Shown: one piece after another, positions 7,968-15,950 of the stretch
Numbering within the stretch: the stretch's first letter is position 1
How the letters are laid out: every line of letters begins with the position of its first letter
Origin: Nitrosococcus oceani ATCC 19707
GTDB lineage: Bacteria; Pseudomonadota; Gammaproteobacteria; Nitrosococcales; Nitrosococcaceae
Assembly (NCBI RefSeq): GCF_000012805.1
Contig: NC_007484.1
Coordinates: 300,001-332,000 of the forward strand
DNA length: 32,000 nt
Direction of reading: 5' to 3'
The notes under the pieces: generated by a model
What the model saw: the letters and a program-made list of their open reading frames with translations, nothing else
Databases searched by the model: none
What the model was told of the DNA's origin: nothing
Made by a program: the position numbers and the translations under genes

Positions 7968-9128
7968 TCAACAAATAAGATTTTCACCGCTCTGGATATC
8001 AAAAAGATGCAGCTTGCAAGGATCAAGCTGCATCTTCAATTTTACTCCTTCCCTAGCGTAGCTTGCTCCATCTAGCCGGGCCACAAGTCGGATAGTTTTA
8101 TCCGTGGTAGCTTTAATTTCTAAATCTTTGGTCAAGCTTTGCAGTGATTCGCTTATTTCCCCCTGAATGTTAAAGTGGGCATAGACCTCTGCGTCCATCC
8201 ACTCAATGACATCGACGGTTGCCTTGAAAGCAGGAAACATTGCTTGCTTTTCTTTTGCGGAATCGGCTTCTTGCAAATGTTCAGGCCGAATACCAGCGAT
8301 AGCAGGTCCCTGGAAGTTTGACAACTGGCCTTCCAGGTTAGGCGGGAGTTTAAATTGAGTCATGGGCAAAATAAGCCGGTCTTTTTCTACCCGGGCCGGG
8401 AGGAAGTTTATGGCTGGAGAGCCGATAAAGCTAGCTACCGATAAATTATTGGGGACCGTGTAAAGTTCTCGGGGTGTTCCCACTTGTTGTACCTTTCCCT
8501 GATAGAGCAAAGCGACTCGGTCGCCCAAGGTCATGGCTTCGCTTTGATCATGAGTCACATAAATGGTGGTTGTACCCAGGCGCTTTTGCAAGCGTGCTAG
8601 TTCGGTACGCATCTGTACCCGGAGTTTGGCGTCTAGGTTAGATAAGGGTTCATCCATCAAAAACGCTCGGGGCTGGCGCACGATGGCCCGGCCCATGGCG
8701 ACCCGCTGTCGTTGGCCTCCCGATAGGCTGGCAGGTTTACGGTCCAGAAGTTCGGTAAGTTCCAGTATTGCGGCTGCTTGCTTGACCTTTTGGAGGATTT
8801 CCTCCTTGGGTTTTTTGGCTAGCTTCAGGGGAAAGGCCATATTTTCCCTTACCGTCATATGGGGGTAAAGGGCATAACTCTGGAAGACCATGGCCATGTT
8901 CCGATCCTTGGGGTCTAGGGTATTGATTACTCGTCCATCCACCCGTATCTCTCCTCGGGTGATCTCCTCAAGTCCCACGATCATATTGAGTAACGTGGAT
9001 TTTCCACAGCCTGAAGGACCCACCAAAATGAAAAATTCTCCATCCTCGATGTTCAAGCTGACATCACTAAGCGTCTCAGTCCCATCGGGAAAGCGTTTAG
9101 TCACCTTGTCAATAATAATGCCTGCCAT
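7968..9128 (-). CDS. sugar-type ABC transporter ATP-binding protein (MalK/UgpC family)
   Basis: Walker A GPSGCGKST, signature LSGGQRQRV, Walker B FLMDEPLSNLD, H-loop YVTHDQ, and a C-terminal MalK-type regulatory extension. I preferred ATG 9128 (MAGIIIDKV), 4 nt after the upstream stop, over the track start 9149, which overlaps the permease. Confidence 0.92.
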   Translation of the reverse strand: MAGIIIDKVTKRFPDGTETLSDVSLNIEDGEFFILVGPSGCGKSTLLNMIVGLEEITRGEIRVDGRVINTLDPKDRNMAMVFQSYALYPHMTVRENMAFPLKLAKKPKEEILQKVKQAAAILELTELLDRKPASLSGGQRQRVAMGRAIVRQPRAFLMDEPLSNLDAKLRVQMRTELARLQKRLGTTTIYVTHDQSEAMTLGDRVALLYQGKVQQVGTPRELYTVPNNLSVASFIGSPAINFLPARVEKDRLILPMTQFKLPPNLEGQLSNFQGPAIAGIRPEHLQEADSAKEKQAMFPAFKATVDVIEWMDAEVYAHFNIQGEISESLQSLTKDLEIKATTDKTIRLVARLDGASYAREGVKLKMQLDPCKLHLFDIQSGENLIC

Positions 9129-9132
9129 AAAA

Positions 9133-9975
9133 TTAGCCTTTAACCGCACCGGCGGTGAGGCCGGCTACGATGCGGCGCTGAAAAATTAAAACGATCACCA
9201 CAATGGGAAGGGTGACCACCACAGAAGCAGCCGCAATGGAACCGACGGGCAGTTCAAAGCGGGATGTGCCAGTGAAAAAAGCAATGGCCGCGGGCACTGT
9301 TCGGGCTTGGGCGGTTGAGGTGAGTGACATGGCGAATAAAAAATCATTCCAGGCAAAAATAAAGACTAAAATGGCCGCCGTGAACACGCCTGGGGCCGCT
9401 AGAGGCACGATAACTTTTCGAAAGGCTTGGAAGGGCGTGGCGCCGTCAACGCGGGCGGCTTTGTCCAGATCCCAGGGAATTTCCTTGAAAAAGGCGGATA
9501 AAGTCCAGATAGCCAGGGGCAAGGTAAACGTCATATAGGGCAGAATCAACCCCAACCAGGTATCAAAGAGACCGATTTGCCGCCATAAATTGAACAAAGG
9601 ACCTATAATGGCAATGGGGGGAAACATGGCAATAGCCAGGGCACCTGAGAGAATGAGTCGTTTACCGGGAAACTCCAGCCGGACAATGGCATAAGCGGCA
9701 AACATGGCCAAGAGGACGGCAAGCAGGGTAGAAATAGCGCCAATGCCTATCGAATTCCATAGGGCGGCTGGAAATTGAGGATCCTGGAAAATAGCTTGGT
9801 AATGCTCAAAACTGACGGTAGCGGGAAAGAAGCGATTGTCATTAAGATCGGCGCCTCTTTTGAGAGAAAGGGAAATAATCCAGATGACGGGAATGAGGGC
9901 ATACACCATGACGATGAGGCTGCTAGCGCCCCAAAAAAGACGCTCGGGCAAATTTCGCTTGAATTTTCCGCGCAT
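9133..9975 (-). CDS. ABC transporter permease (MalG/UgpE-like)
   Basis: Six predicted TM segments. EAA loop [25 protein letters not shown]. Confidence 0.9.
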   Translation of the reverse strand: MRGKFKRNLPERLFWGASSLIVMVYALIPVIWIISLSLKRGADLNDNRFFPATVSFEHYQAIFQDPQFPAALWNSIGIGAISTLLAVLLAMFAAYAIVRLEFPGKRLILSGALAIAMFPPIAIIGPLFNLWRQIGLFDTWLGLILPYMTFTLPLAIWTLSAFFKEIPWDLDKAARVDGATPFQAFRKVIVPLAAPGVFTAAILVFIFAWNDFLFAMSLTSTAQARTVPAAIAFFTGTSRFELPVGSIAAASVVVTLPIVVIVLIFQRRIVAGLTAGAVKG

Positions 9976-9977
9976 TC

Positions 9978-10856
9978 TTATTTTTCGCTCTCCTGCCGAG
10001 CAATAGAAGTTCCAAAGCCTTTGATAAACAGCAGGGCAATGAGTATCACGGCAATAAAGATGAGGACCGAGACGGCTGAGCCGAGACCTAGGTTGAGCCG
10101 GACAATCAAGGCATTATAACCGGTCATGGAAACTGTTTCGGTCCCGTGAGCGCCTCGGGTTTGCATAAATACGGTATCAAAAATACGAAAGGCATCCAGG
10201 GTTCGGAATAGCAAGGCCACCAGTATGGTGGGTTTCATGAGGGGCAGGGTGATTTTAAAGAAACGCTGTATTGCCGAGGCCCCATCTACCCGGGCTGCTT
10301 TGAGCAGATCCTCTGGAATCAAGGTCAGCCCGGCAAGGAGGAGTAAGGCCATAAAGGGCGTGGTTTTCCAGATCTCGGTGAAGATAATAACGAAAAATGC
10401 CGACCAACGTTCCGTTAGCCAGGCGCCTTCCAGGTTAAATAGGGCGTTTACAAACCCCGTAGTGGGATCAAAAGCGAACTTCCAGGCCAGGGCCGCAACC
10501 ACCGTAATCATCCCATAGGGGATGAGAATGGCGGCTCGCACCAGGGAACGGGCAAAGAGGACGCGATGCATCACCAGAGCTAGGCAAAAACCAAGCGCTA
10601 GCTCGACTAACACTGAACCAGCGGTCATCATCAGGGTATTGCCCAGGGCTTGCCACCAAAGTTCCGAACTGAGCACACTCCAGTAATTGCTTAGGCCGAC
10701 GAAGGAGCGATCGGCGGGGAAACGTAAATCATAACGATGCAGAGACAGCCATAAGGCATAGAGAATAGGGTAGACAGTCACCGCCCCCATGGTAATGACC
10801 GCCGGTGCGCAGAGTAGCCATCCTAATCGGCGTTCTGCTTTGCCTCGAGGATTCAT
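9978..10856 (-). CDS. ABC transporter permease (MalF/UgpA-like)
   Basis: Six predicted TM segments. EAA loop [24 protein letters not shown]. The start overlaps the upstream stop by 4 nt. Confidence 0.9.
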   Translation of the reverse strand: MNPRGKAERRLGWLLCAPAVITMGAVTVYPILYALWLSLHRYDLRFPADRSFVGLSNYWSVLSSELWWQALGNTLMMTAGSVLVELALGFCLALVMHRVLFARSLVRAAILIPYGMITVVAALAWKFAFDPTTGFVNALFNLEGAWLTERWSAFFVIIFTEIWKTTPFMALLLLAGLTLIPEDLLKAARVDGASAIQRFFKITLPLMKPTILVALLFRTLDAFRIFDTVFMQTRGAHGTETVSMTGYNALIVRLNLGLGSAVSVLIFIAVILIALLFIKGFGTSIARQESEK

Positions 10857-12124
10857 AGTAACCCCTGGGAGTGAAGGGCCCGATTGATGTTTTTTCGCAA
10901 CCTAGCAATATCTTTCTGGGGATCAATGGCTTTCATGGGGTGCAACGTCCGGCTGATGGCCAAGGAAATATCATTATAGAGGGGGCTTGAGGGCCGTTGG
11001 GCCGCATTCTTAAGGGTAGCACGCAGGGTGTCCGCGAAGGGAAGGGCTTCTCTAATCGAGGGATCCGCATAGAGCTTCTCAAAGGTAGGCAGCAGCCCCC
11101 CCTTAATTGCGGCAAGTCGTTGCTGTTCCTGGGAAGCGATGCAGGTAGCCGCTCGAAAAGCCAGCTGGGGATATCGCGAATAGGCGCCGACACTTAAGTT
11201 AATGCCTCCTAGGGTGACCCGGCTAGGTTGACCTTCAATAACTGCTGGCCAGCGGACCCAGCCCATGTGGGCGGCGACCCGGGGGGCATTCTGCTGGGCG
11301 CTGGGCCAAACATAAGTATAGTTGATCATAAAGGCGCTGCCCCCTTCAAAGGCGAGCCGGGTTTCATCTTCCCGGGCAATGGAAAGGGAGGAGTTAGTAG
11401 CCGGGGAAGTGGCGATGCGCTTCATAATACGGAGAGCTTTTTCAGTGGGCGTTGCTTCCAAGGAAACCGCCTTGCCGGTTTTGTCTAGCACGGAGCCACC
11501 AGCGGAGGCTAGCAGGGAATTAAACAAGACGGTCAAACCTTCATAGCGTGCCCCTTGTACTTGCAAGGTGCCGATTCCCAGGGCCTCGGCGCTTTGAATC
11601 AATTCATCCCAGCTCTGGGGCGGTTTCGCTACCTGATCGGTGCGGTACCAAAGCAATTGAATGTTACTGGTGAAGGGGATGCCCCAAAGTTGGTGGTCAT
11701 AGGTAGCGCTTTCAATGGTGGAGGGTAGGCGCCCTTGTCTGGCTTGGTCCGCCGCCTCTCCTAGCCAGGGCAAAATCCAGCCCGCCTCGGCGAACTCAGC
11801 GGTCCAGATAACATCCATGCCAATGAGGTCGATAGCCGTGTCTTTCGCCGCTAGCCGCCGCACCAATTGTACCCGCTGTTGGCTGGCATCAGCGGGCAGG
11901 GCGGCGATTTCCACCTGATAGACACCCTTGGCGTCCGCCGAGCATCGTTTTGCCGCCGTCTCAAAGGCCCCGGAGGGCTCATCGAACACGTACCATTTTA
12001 GGGTGGGGACAGGGTTATCAGGAGAATCCGAGCAGGCAGCGGCAAGCAATAAAAAGAGTAACAACATCCCGGTTTTAAGCCCGGAGACAAGGTGAAGCAA
12101 ACCTACCTTCAACCACTGTTTCAT
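10853..12124 (-). CDS. ABC transporter substrate-binding lipoprotein (family 1 extracellular solute-binding, sugar type)
   Basis: Signal/lipobox LLFLLLAAAC. Size (423 aa) and first position in the operon with two MalFG-type permeases and a MalK-type ATPase. Confidence 0.85.
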   Translation of the reverse strand: MKQWLKVGLLHLVSGLKTGMLLLFLLLAAACSDSPDNPVPTLKWYVFDEPSGAFETAAKRCSADAKGVYQVEIAALPADASQQRVQLVRRLAAKDTAIDLIGMDVIWTAEFAEAGWILPWLGEAADQARQGRLPSTIESATYDHQLWGIPFTSNIQLLWYRTDQVAKPPQSWDELIQSAEALGIGTLQVQGARYEGLTVLFNSLLASAGGSVLDKTGKAVSLEATPTEKALRIMKRIATSPATNSSLSIAREDETRLAFEGGSAFMINYTYVWPSAQQNAPRVAAHMGWVRWPAVIEGQPSRVTLGGINLSVGAYSRYPQLAFRAATCIASQEQQRLAAIKGGLLPTFEKLYADPSIREALPFADTLRATLKNAAQRPSSPLYNDISLAISRTLHPMKAIDPQKDIARLRKNINRALHSQGLL

Positions 12125-12209
12125 GCTTTAAGCATACTCTTCCTGAGTGACTTCGTGCCAAGGTTTGAAAGTTTATGATTTTACTCGATATGAGGAAATA
12201 AAATCCAAG

Positions 12210-12233
12210 CGGGGATTGCTCCCCGGTTTTTTT
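12210..12233. terminator. orphan terminator-like hairpin between the ABC operon and the TA module
   Basis: CGGGGA (12210-12215) TTGC TCCCCG (12220-12225), then G plus T7 on the plus strand. On the minus strand it is preceded by A7 and followed by CTTGGATTTTATTT, so it may act in both directions. Confidence 0.4.
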
Positions 12234-12415
12234 CCGAAGGATACTGATGGCCAGATCAGCTCGGTCATCTCCGTCAAAATCACTAGTTACAACAGAAGTG
12301 CTAGAACGGTCAAGAGTTAATCAGCTTGAATTCATAAAAACTGCGGCTGGAAACCGCCTCCTTGCAAGCTCGGCCATTAGGCCAAACCTTACATAGTAGA
12401 GAAGATGGACCCGCT

Positions 12416-12724
12416 TCAGCTGAAAATCTCTCGGAGCACATCAGGGCGTTTCTTGGCTATTTTGAGCAGGGATTTCGCTGCCCCAGAAGGTTCTCGCCGC
12501 CCTTGCTCCCAGTCTTGAAGGGTCCGCTTGGATACCCCTAGAAGAGCGGCAAACTGTGCTTGAGAAAGCCCCACTTTGTGGCGAGCCTCAGTCACCGATG
12601 AAATGCTTGCATAATGCACACGCCCGCGATTGCCTGCTTTCATTTGTCGGATAGACTGCAGTAGCTCTGCCCCGATATCGCGCTTCGCATCGCGTTCCAG
12701 TAACTCTTTCTCAGTCAGTGGCAT
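12416..12724 (-). CDS. XRE-family HTH antitoxin (HigA-2 / COG2944-like)
   Basis: ...ARHKVGLSQAQFAALLGVSKRTLQDWEQGRREPSGAAKSLLKIAKKRPDVL is the typical HigA-2/NadS-type pattern. It overlaps the upstream toxin gene by 14 nt. Confidence 0.85.
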   Translation of the reverse strand: MPLTEKELLERDAKRDIGAELLQSIRQMKAGNRGRVHYASISSVTEARHKVGLSQAQFAALLGVSKRTLQDWEQGRREPSGAAKSLLKIAKKRPDVLREIFS

Positions 12725-13031
12725 TTTTGATTTCCTCCTTTATCGTTTTGAGCACGTGGGCAGGGATCTCTTCCTGGGCACTCTTGGCATAGAGCAGTAA
12801 CAGCCAGATTTCACCGTGGACCAGGCGATTGTAGTAGATCACTCGGATTCCACCGCGCTTGCCGCTGCCCTTGCGCGACCAACGGACTTTGCGCACTCCA
12901 CCAGAGCCAGGAACTACATTGCCCGCTTCTGGGTTGGCGGCAAGCCAAGCTGCAAACTCGCCGCGCTCTTCCTCGGTCCAGTAATCAGCGGCCAGCTTGG
13001 AAAACGTCAGGGTCTCAACCACGGTGAACAT
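12711..13031 (-). CDS. RelE-superfamily toxin, HigB-2-like
   Basis: MFTVVETLTFSK...NPEAGNVVPGSGGVRKVRWSRKGSGKRGGIRVIYYN...LLLLYAKSAQEEI matches the HigB-2 pattern (Vibrio cholerae HigB-2: ...GDVIQGTGGLRKIRVASKGKGKRGGSRIIYYF...). The toxin-first gene order is typical of hig loci. The alternative ATG 13049 lies inside a palindrome. Confidence 0.85.
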   Translation of the reverse strand: MFTVVETLTFSKLAADYWTEEERGEFAAWLAANPEAGNVVPGSGGVRKVRWSRKGSGKRGGIRVIYYNRLVHGEIWLLLLYAKSAQEEIPAHVLKTIKEEIKNATD

Positions 13032-13040
13032 AATTAAATC

Positions 13041-13057
13041 ATACGGCATAGCCGTAT
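13041..13057. promoter_or_regulatory. palindrome at the 5' end of the TA operon (candidate antitoxin operator)
   Basis: ATACGGC-ATA-GCCGTAT has perfect 7-bp arms and is immediately followed by a T7 run on the plus strand. Confidence 0.35.
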
Positions 13058-13198
13058 TTTTTTAAACTGACAAAAATTCCGAGAGTAATAAATTGGACTA
13101 AAATATTTTTGAATCATCAGGAGAAATTAGGATCTAACTGCCCCTCAACAACGGCGGCTCCGAAGGAGTTATCTGTTTTGCTTGTGATTGTTATACGC

Positions 13199-13587
13199 TT
13201 ATCTTCTTGTCTGGCCTTGAGAGTGTGGACCACCTAAAGAGTGCCAACCAATAGCGACGAGAATTCCGTCATTGAAAACATAGGGAGTAAACTCATCATC
13301 CGTTGTCAATCCATCAGGCTGTCGCGACGAGCGCATATAATATATCTCGACCACAGAACGCCATCATCATTGATAGATTGCTCCGAACCCTTTCGTTCAG
13401 ATTGGTTAAGTCGAGACTGAGTTGGTAACAAAACGTTCAGCACTTCTTCTTTGCTATCACCAAGAGAAACACGCTCCGCAATATCTTCATATTGGGAAAT
13501 AGAGCTATCGATTCGGTGTATTTGTATTACGCTACATGTAGTCAAACTCAATGATATAGCTAATATCAAAAATACCCGTTTAATCAT
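13199..13587 (-). pseudogene. small lipoprotein gene (BamE/DUF3192-like) with an apparent frameshift
   Basis: Frame A: MIKRVFLILAISLSLTTCS...VSLGDSKEEVLNVL...SINDDG, then a stop at 13306. Frame B, from about 13357: SVVEIYYMRSSRQPDGLTTDDEFTPYVFNDGILVAIGWHSLGGPHSQGQTRR* (stop 13199-13201). The two halves read as one domain if joined at about 13355-13362. Confidence 0.6.
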
Positions 13588-13600
13588 TATTAATTCCAAT

Positions 13601-13648
13601 TTTATTAAAATTCTGAAAGCATTTCTTACCCATCAACTGCTTTCAGAA
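13601..13648 (-). terminator. intrinsic terminator of a decayed upstream gene
   Basis: Perfect 11-bp inverted repeat TTCTGAAAGCA (13611-13621) / TGCTTTCAGAA (13638-13648) with a 16-nt loop. On the minus strand it is followed by TTTTAATAAA. The stop codon of a residual reading frame (...LLKAVDG*) lies in the loop. Confidence 0.45.
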
Positions 13649-14081
13649 GAGCAATATTATTCAGGTGCTTATCCCTTTTATTCTCAATTGATAATATCGC
13701 TAACTCTTTGAGATCTATTAATTGCTCTATCAAGGCCACTAACACAGGAAAGTCAAACTTGTCCGTAGCAGTATCACTGCAAGATTGCGCTCGGCGTCGC
13801 AGCAGCTGGAATCGCTAGAGTAAAAACGGCAATGTCGTGTTCGTGTTTCTGGCATGATTGCTGAGCCTATAAACCGAAGATCATCGGCAAACCAAAGAGA
13901 AACAAAATAGTACCTCCACCCCATTGGAAGGAAACGAGATGGATGCCCATTGTGCTGAGTATCAATTAGCCGATCACTGCTGATCCCGTCAGAGCAGCCT
14001 CGGCGTAGATAACCGTTTTGTACGCAGCCCGTCGACGATCACTAGGAGACAGATGGGCGGTGAGTATAGGGCATTGGGTCG

Positions 14082-14109
14082 ATAGTGGCCCAGATATAGT
14101 GGCCCAGAT
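14082..14109. repeat. perfect 14-bp tandem duplication
   Basis: ATAGTGGCCCAGAT occurs at 14082-14095 and again at 14096-14109. Confidence 0.95.
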
Positions 14110-14144
14110 TATGAGCGCATCCTGGATAAACTTTTCTAGCATGA

Positions 14145-15260
14145 TTAAACGTCCAATTTATTATGCTTCGTATCCTCATGAGCGAAATTCGGGTGCCCGG
14201 TTGAATAAAGAAACTGGTTCCCTGAGAAATTGGCATAATGGGTTGCTACCCTAGCTTTTGGGACGAAGTGGGACACTGCCTGAGAAGTTTCAAAATCACT
14301 GAGGATTCGTGAAATTACTAGAGTACCAAATATATCCATATGAGTTGACTTGCGTCCAGTGCAATCGCTACCGATGACGAAGTGGAACGGTTTGCCGATT
14401 TGATCCAGAAATTTTCCTTGCACAATCTCAGCATGATCCCAGCTACCCGCTCGAATAGTTAGTAATGTGTCGCTTCCTAATGTATTCAATTCGCAGAGTA
14501 TGGTAATTGGTCTTTCAAGTGGTATTGCTTCGCCGACTCTCCCAGCACGCAAATATCTTCTTTCTCCTTTTTTATCGACAACGCGAAACGTTAATTCCTC
14601 CCTCGTATCAACAAAGATGGAAAACCGATTCAATTTTTCTCTGGTGCCGATATCAAGGATATAGTTTTCTTCATCTGCGGGAACGGGAAGAAGTCTTAGA
14701 GACAAAAGAGCGGTCCAGCCAATACCCGATTCGAACCGTTTCCGCATAAGAAGTTGGTTTCTAATTGGAATAAGTTCGTCGCGGACGATAGCGCCGATAT
14801 TTCTCAATGCAAGCAGGACTTGGGAAAATGCTGTCGGCTCTCGCTCATTATGCAGCCTCGCAATATTAGCGTATTCACCTTTTGGATCTTCCTTAAAGTG
14901 TACGCCACCAAGAACAATAGCACCGTACTTAATTATGTCTCTTACTGAGATTTGGTTGCCCTCTGTATTGCCTATAGTAAAAGAGAGAAAGTTTTTAAGA
15001 CTAAGTTGAACCGTTTCATCAGTAGCGTTTTGTGGATAGATTTCAGGTTCAAAAAAATCCTCCAGTGGCTGCGTTATATTTCGAGCTAAAAACTGCGGAG
15101 AAACGCGCAGCTCACGATTGACGAGATGCAGCAGTGCATCCCCGTCTAGTAGAAGTTGTCGCAGAACGCGTGATGACTTGATCAAGTCGTACTCATCGTT
15201 TGAGTTTATGAGGATCTGAAGCTCAAGCAGGAGTTCTTCAAATAACCGCGAATGATTCAT
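14145..15260 (-). CDS. hypothetical two-domain protein: N-terminal helical domain of unknown family plus a C-terminal LamG/concanavalin-like jelly-roll
   Basis: Uninterrupted 371-codon ORF in AT-rich DNA. The C-terminal half shows the LamG-type pattern (NRFSIFVDTREELTFRVVDKKGE...ITILCEL...LLTIRAGSW...FHFVIGSDCTGRKSTHMDIFGTLVISRILSDFE). I recognise no motif in residues 1 to about 190. Confidence 0.75.
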   Translation of the reverse strand: MNHSRLFEELLLELQILINSNDEYDLIKSSRVLRQLLLDGDALLHLVNRELRVSPQFLARNITQPLEDFFEPEIYPQNATDETVQLSLKNFLSFTIGNTEGNQISVRDIIKYGAIVLGGVHFKEDPKGEYANIARLHNEREPTAFSQVLLALRNIGAIVRDELIPIRNQLLMRKRFESGIGWTALLSLRLLPVPADEENYILDIGTREKLNRFSIFVDTREELTFRVVDKKGERRYLRAGRVGEAIPLERPITILCELNTLGSDTLLTIRAGSWDHAEIVQGKFLDQIGKPFHFVIGSDCTGRKSTHMDIFGTLVISRILSDFETSQAVSHFVPKARVATHYANFSGNQFLYSTGHPNFAHEDTKHNKLDV

Positions 15261-15512
15261 GGTGACTCTATAACATAGAGTAGATATAAAAATTCTACTT
15301 TGATAAAAATTTTTTGCTTATAGCTCGCTTGCGCTATTAATACGGCAGAAGATGAATTGTGCTCGATAGCAATAAGTTATAAATAAGAGGCCAATTTCCT
15401 AAAAGGTGTTATGGGTAATTTTCCTTCCGGAGGAGAAAGATATTCATTTTTCCATGGCCACCCACTCGCAGATTCTGGCTGAACTCTTCGCCTTTCTAAG
15501 TAAAGCAGTTCC

Positions 15513-15944
15513 TTAAAAATTTAATTCATGTGTTTCTAGTGAGCAGCCATGATCCCGATAATAACGATAACGTTGACGGCCAGCATGGCGATGAGTTTCA
15601 TCCGGGCCGATAACTTCCGCTACTCTTTGGAAACGGGAAAAAAAAGCTGGCACTTCCGCGCCAAGATTAATTAAGAGTTCCAGCTTTCCTCCCGGTTCCC
15701 CATCATAACCAATAAGCACGGGAGTGCCGGTGGCCTCCTCGCTATTAACCAGGGCATGGGGTACGAAACTACCCTGGCGGAAGGTCCATAAGAGATCATC
15801 CATTTCCTGGGCCTGGGCTTGATCTTCCACTTGAATATAAACTTGGTGGCCAAGCCGGTAGACTTTCTCGATTAACTTACAGGTAAACCGCTTGCTAGCT
15901 TGCGGCTGGCGGCTGGTCAACAAGTAGAAATCAACCTTAGTCAT
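15513..15944 (-). CDS. holC: DNA polymerase III chi subunit
   Basis: MTKVDFYLLTS...ACKL-type N-terminus, DDLLWTF...FVPH motif, about 143 aa, immediately downstream of pepA as in many gammaproteobacteria. Confidence 0.9.
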   Translation of the reverse strand: MTKVDFYLLTSRQPQASKRFTCKLIEKVYRLGHQVYIQVEDQAQAQEMDDLLWTFRQGSFVPHALVNSEEATGTPVLIGYDGEPGGKLELLINLGAEVPAFFSRFQRVAEVIGPDETHRHAGRQRYRYYRDHGCSLETHELNF

Positions 15945-15950
15945 CAGCCA

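Noticed and set aside
12141-12160. A perfect -24-like TGGCAC on the minus strand, 35 nt upstream of the ABC binding-protein gene.
   Set aside because: The sequence reads TGGCACGAAGTCACTC. The -12 position has CACT instead of TTGC and lacks the invariant GC, so I do not call it a sigma-54 promoter.
12247-12396. 49-codon ORF with a well-spaced AAGGA RBS.
   Set aside because: I did not list it as a feature. It is too short and Ser/Arg-rich to support without homology or expression data. I kept it only as a low-interest finding.
13451-13711. 86-aa ORF on the plus strand.
   Set aside because: It is antisense to the lipoprotein gene and runs through its terminator. Its composition is Ile/Leu/Asn-rich, as is typical of AT-rich shadow frames.
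13739-14254. Track ORFs 13739-13924 (-), 14018-14254 (+) and 14042-14236 (-).
   Set aside because: They are short, lack an RBS, and partly overlap the 3' end of the 371-aa gene. I read them as fragments of decayed coding sequence (see findings), not functional genes.
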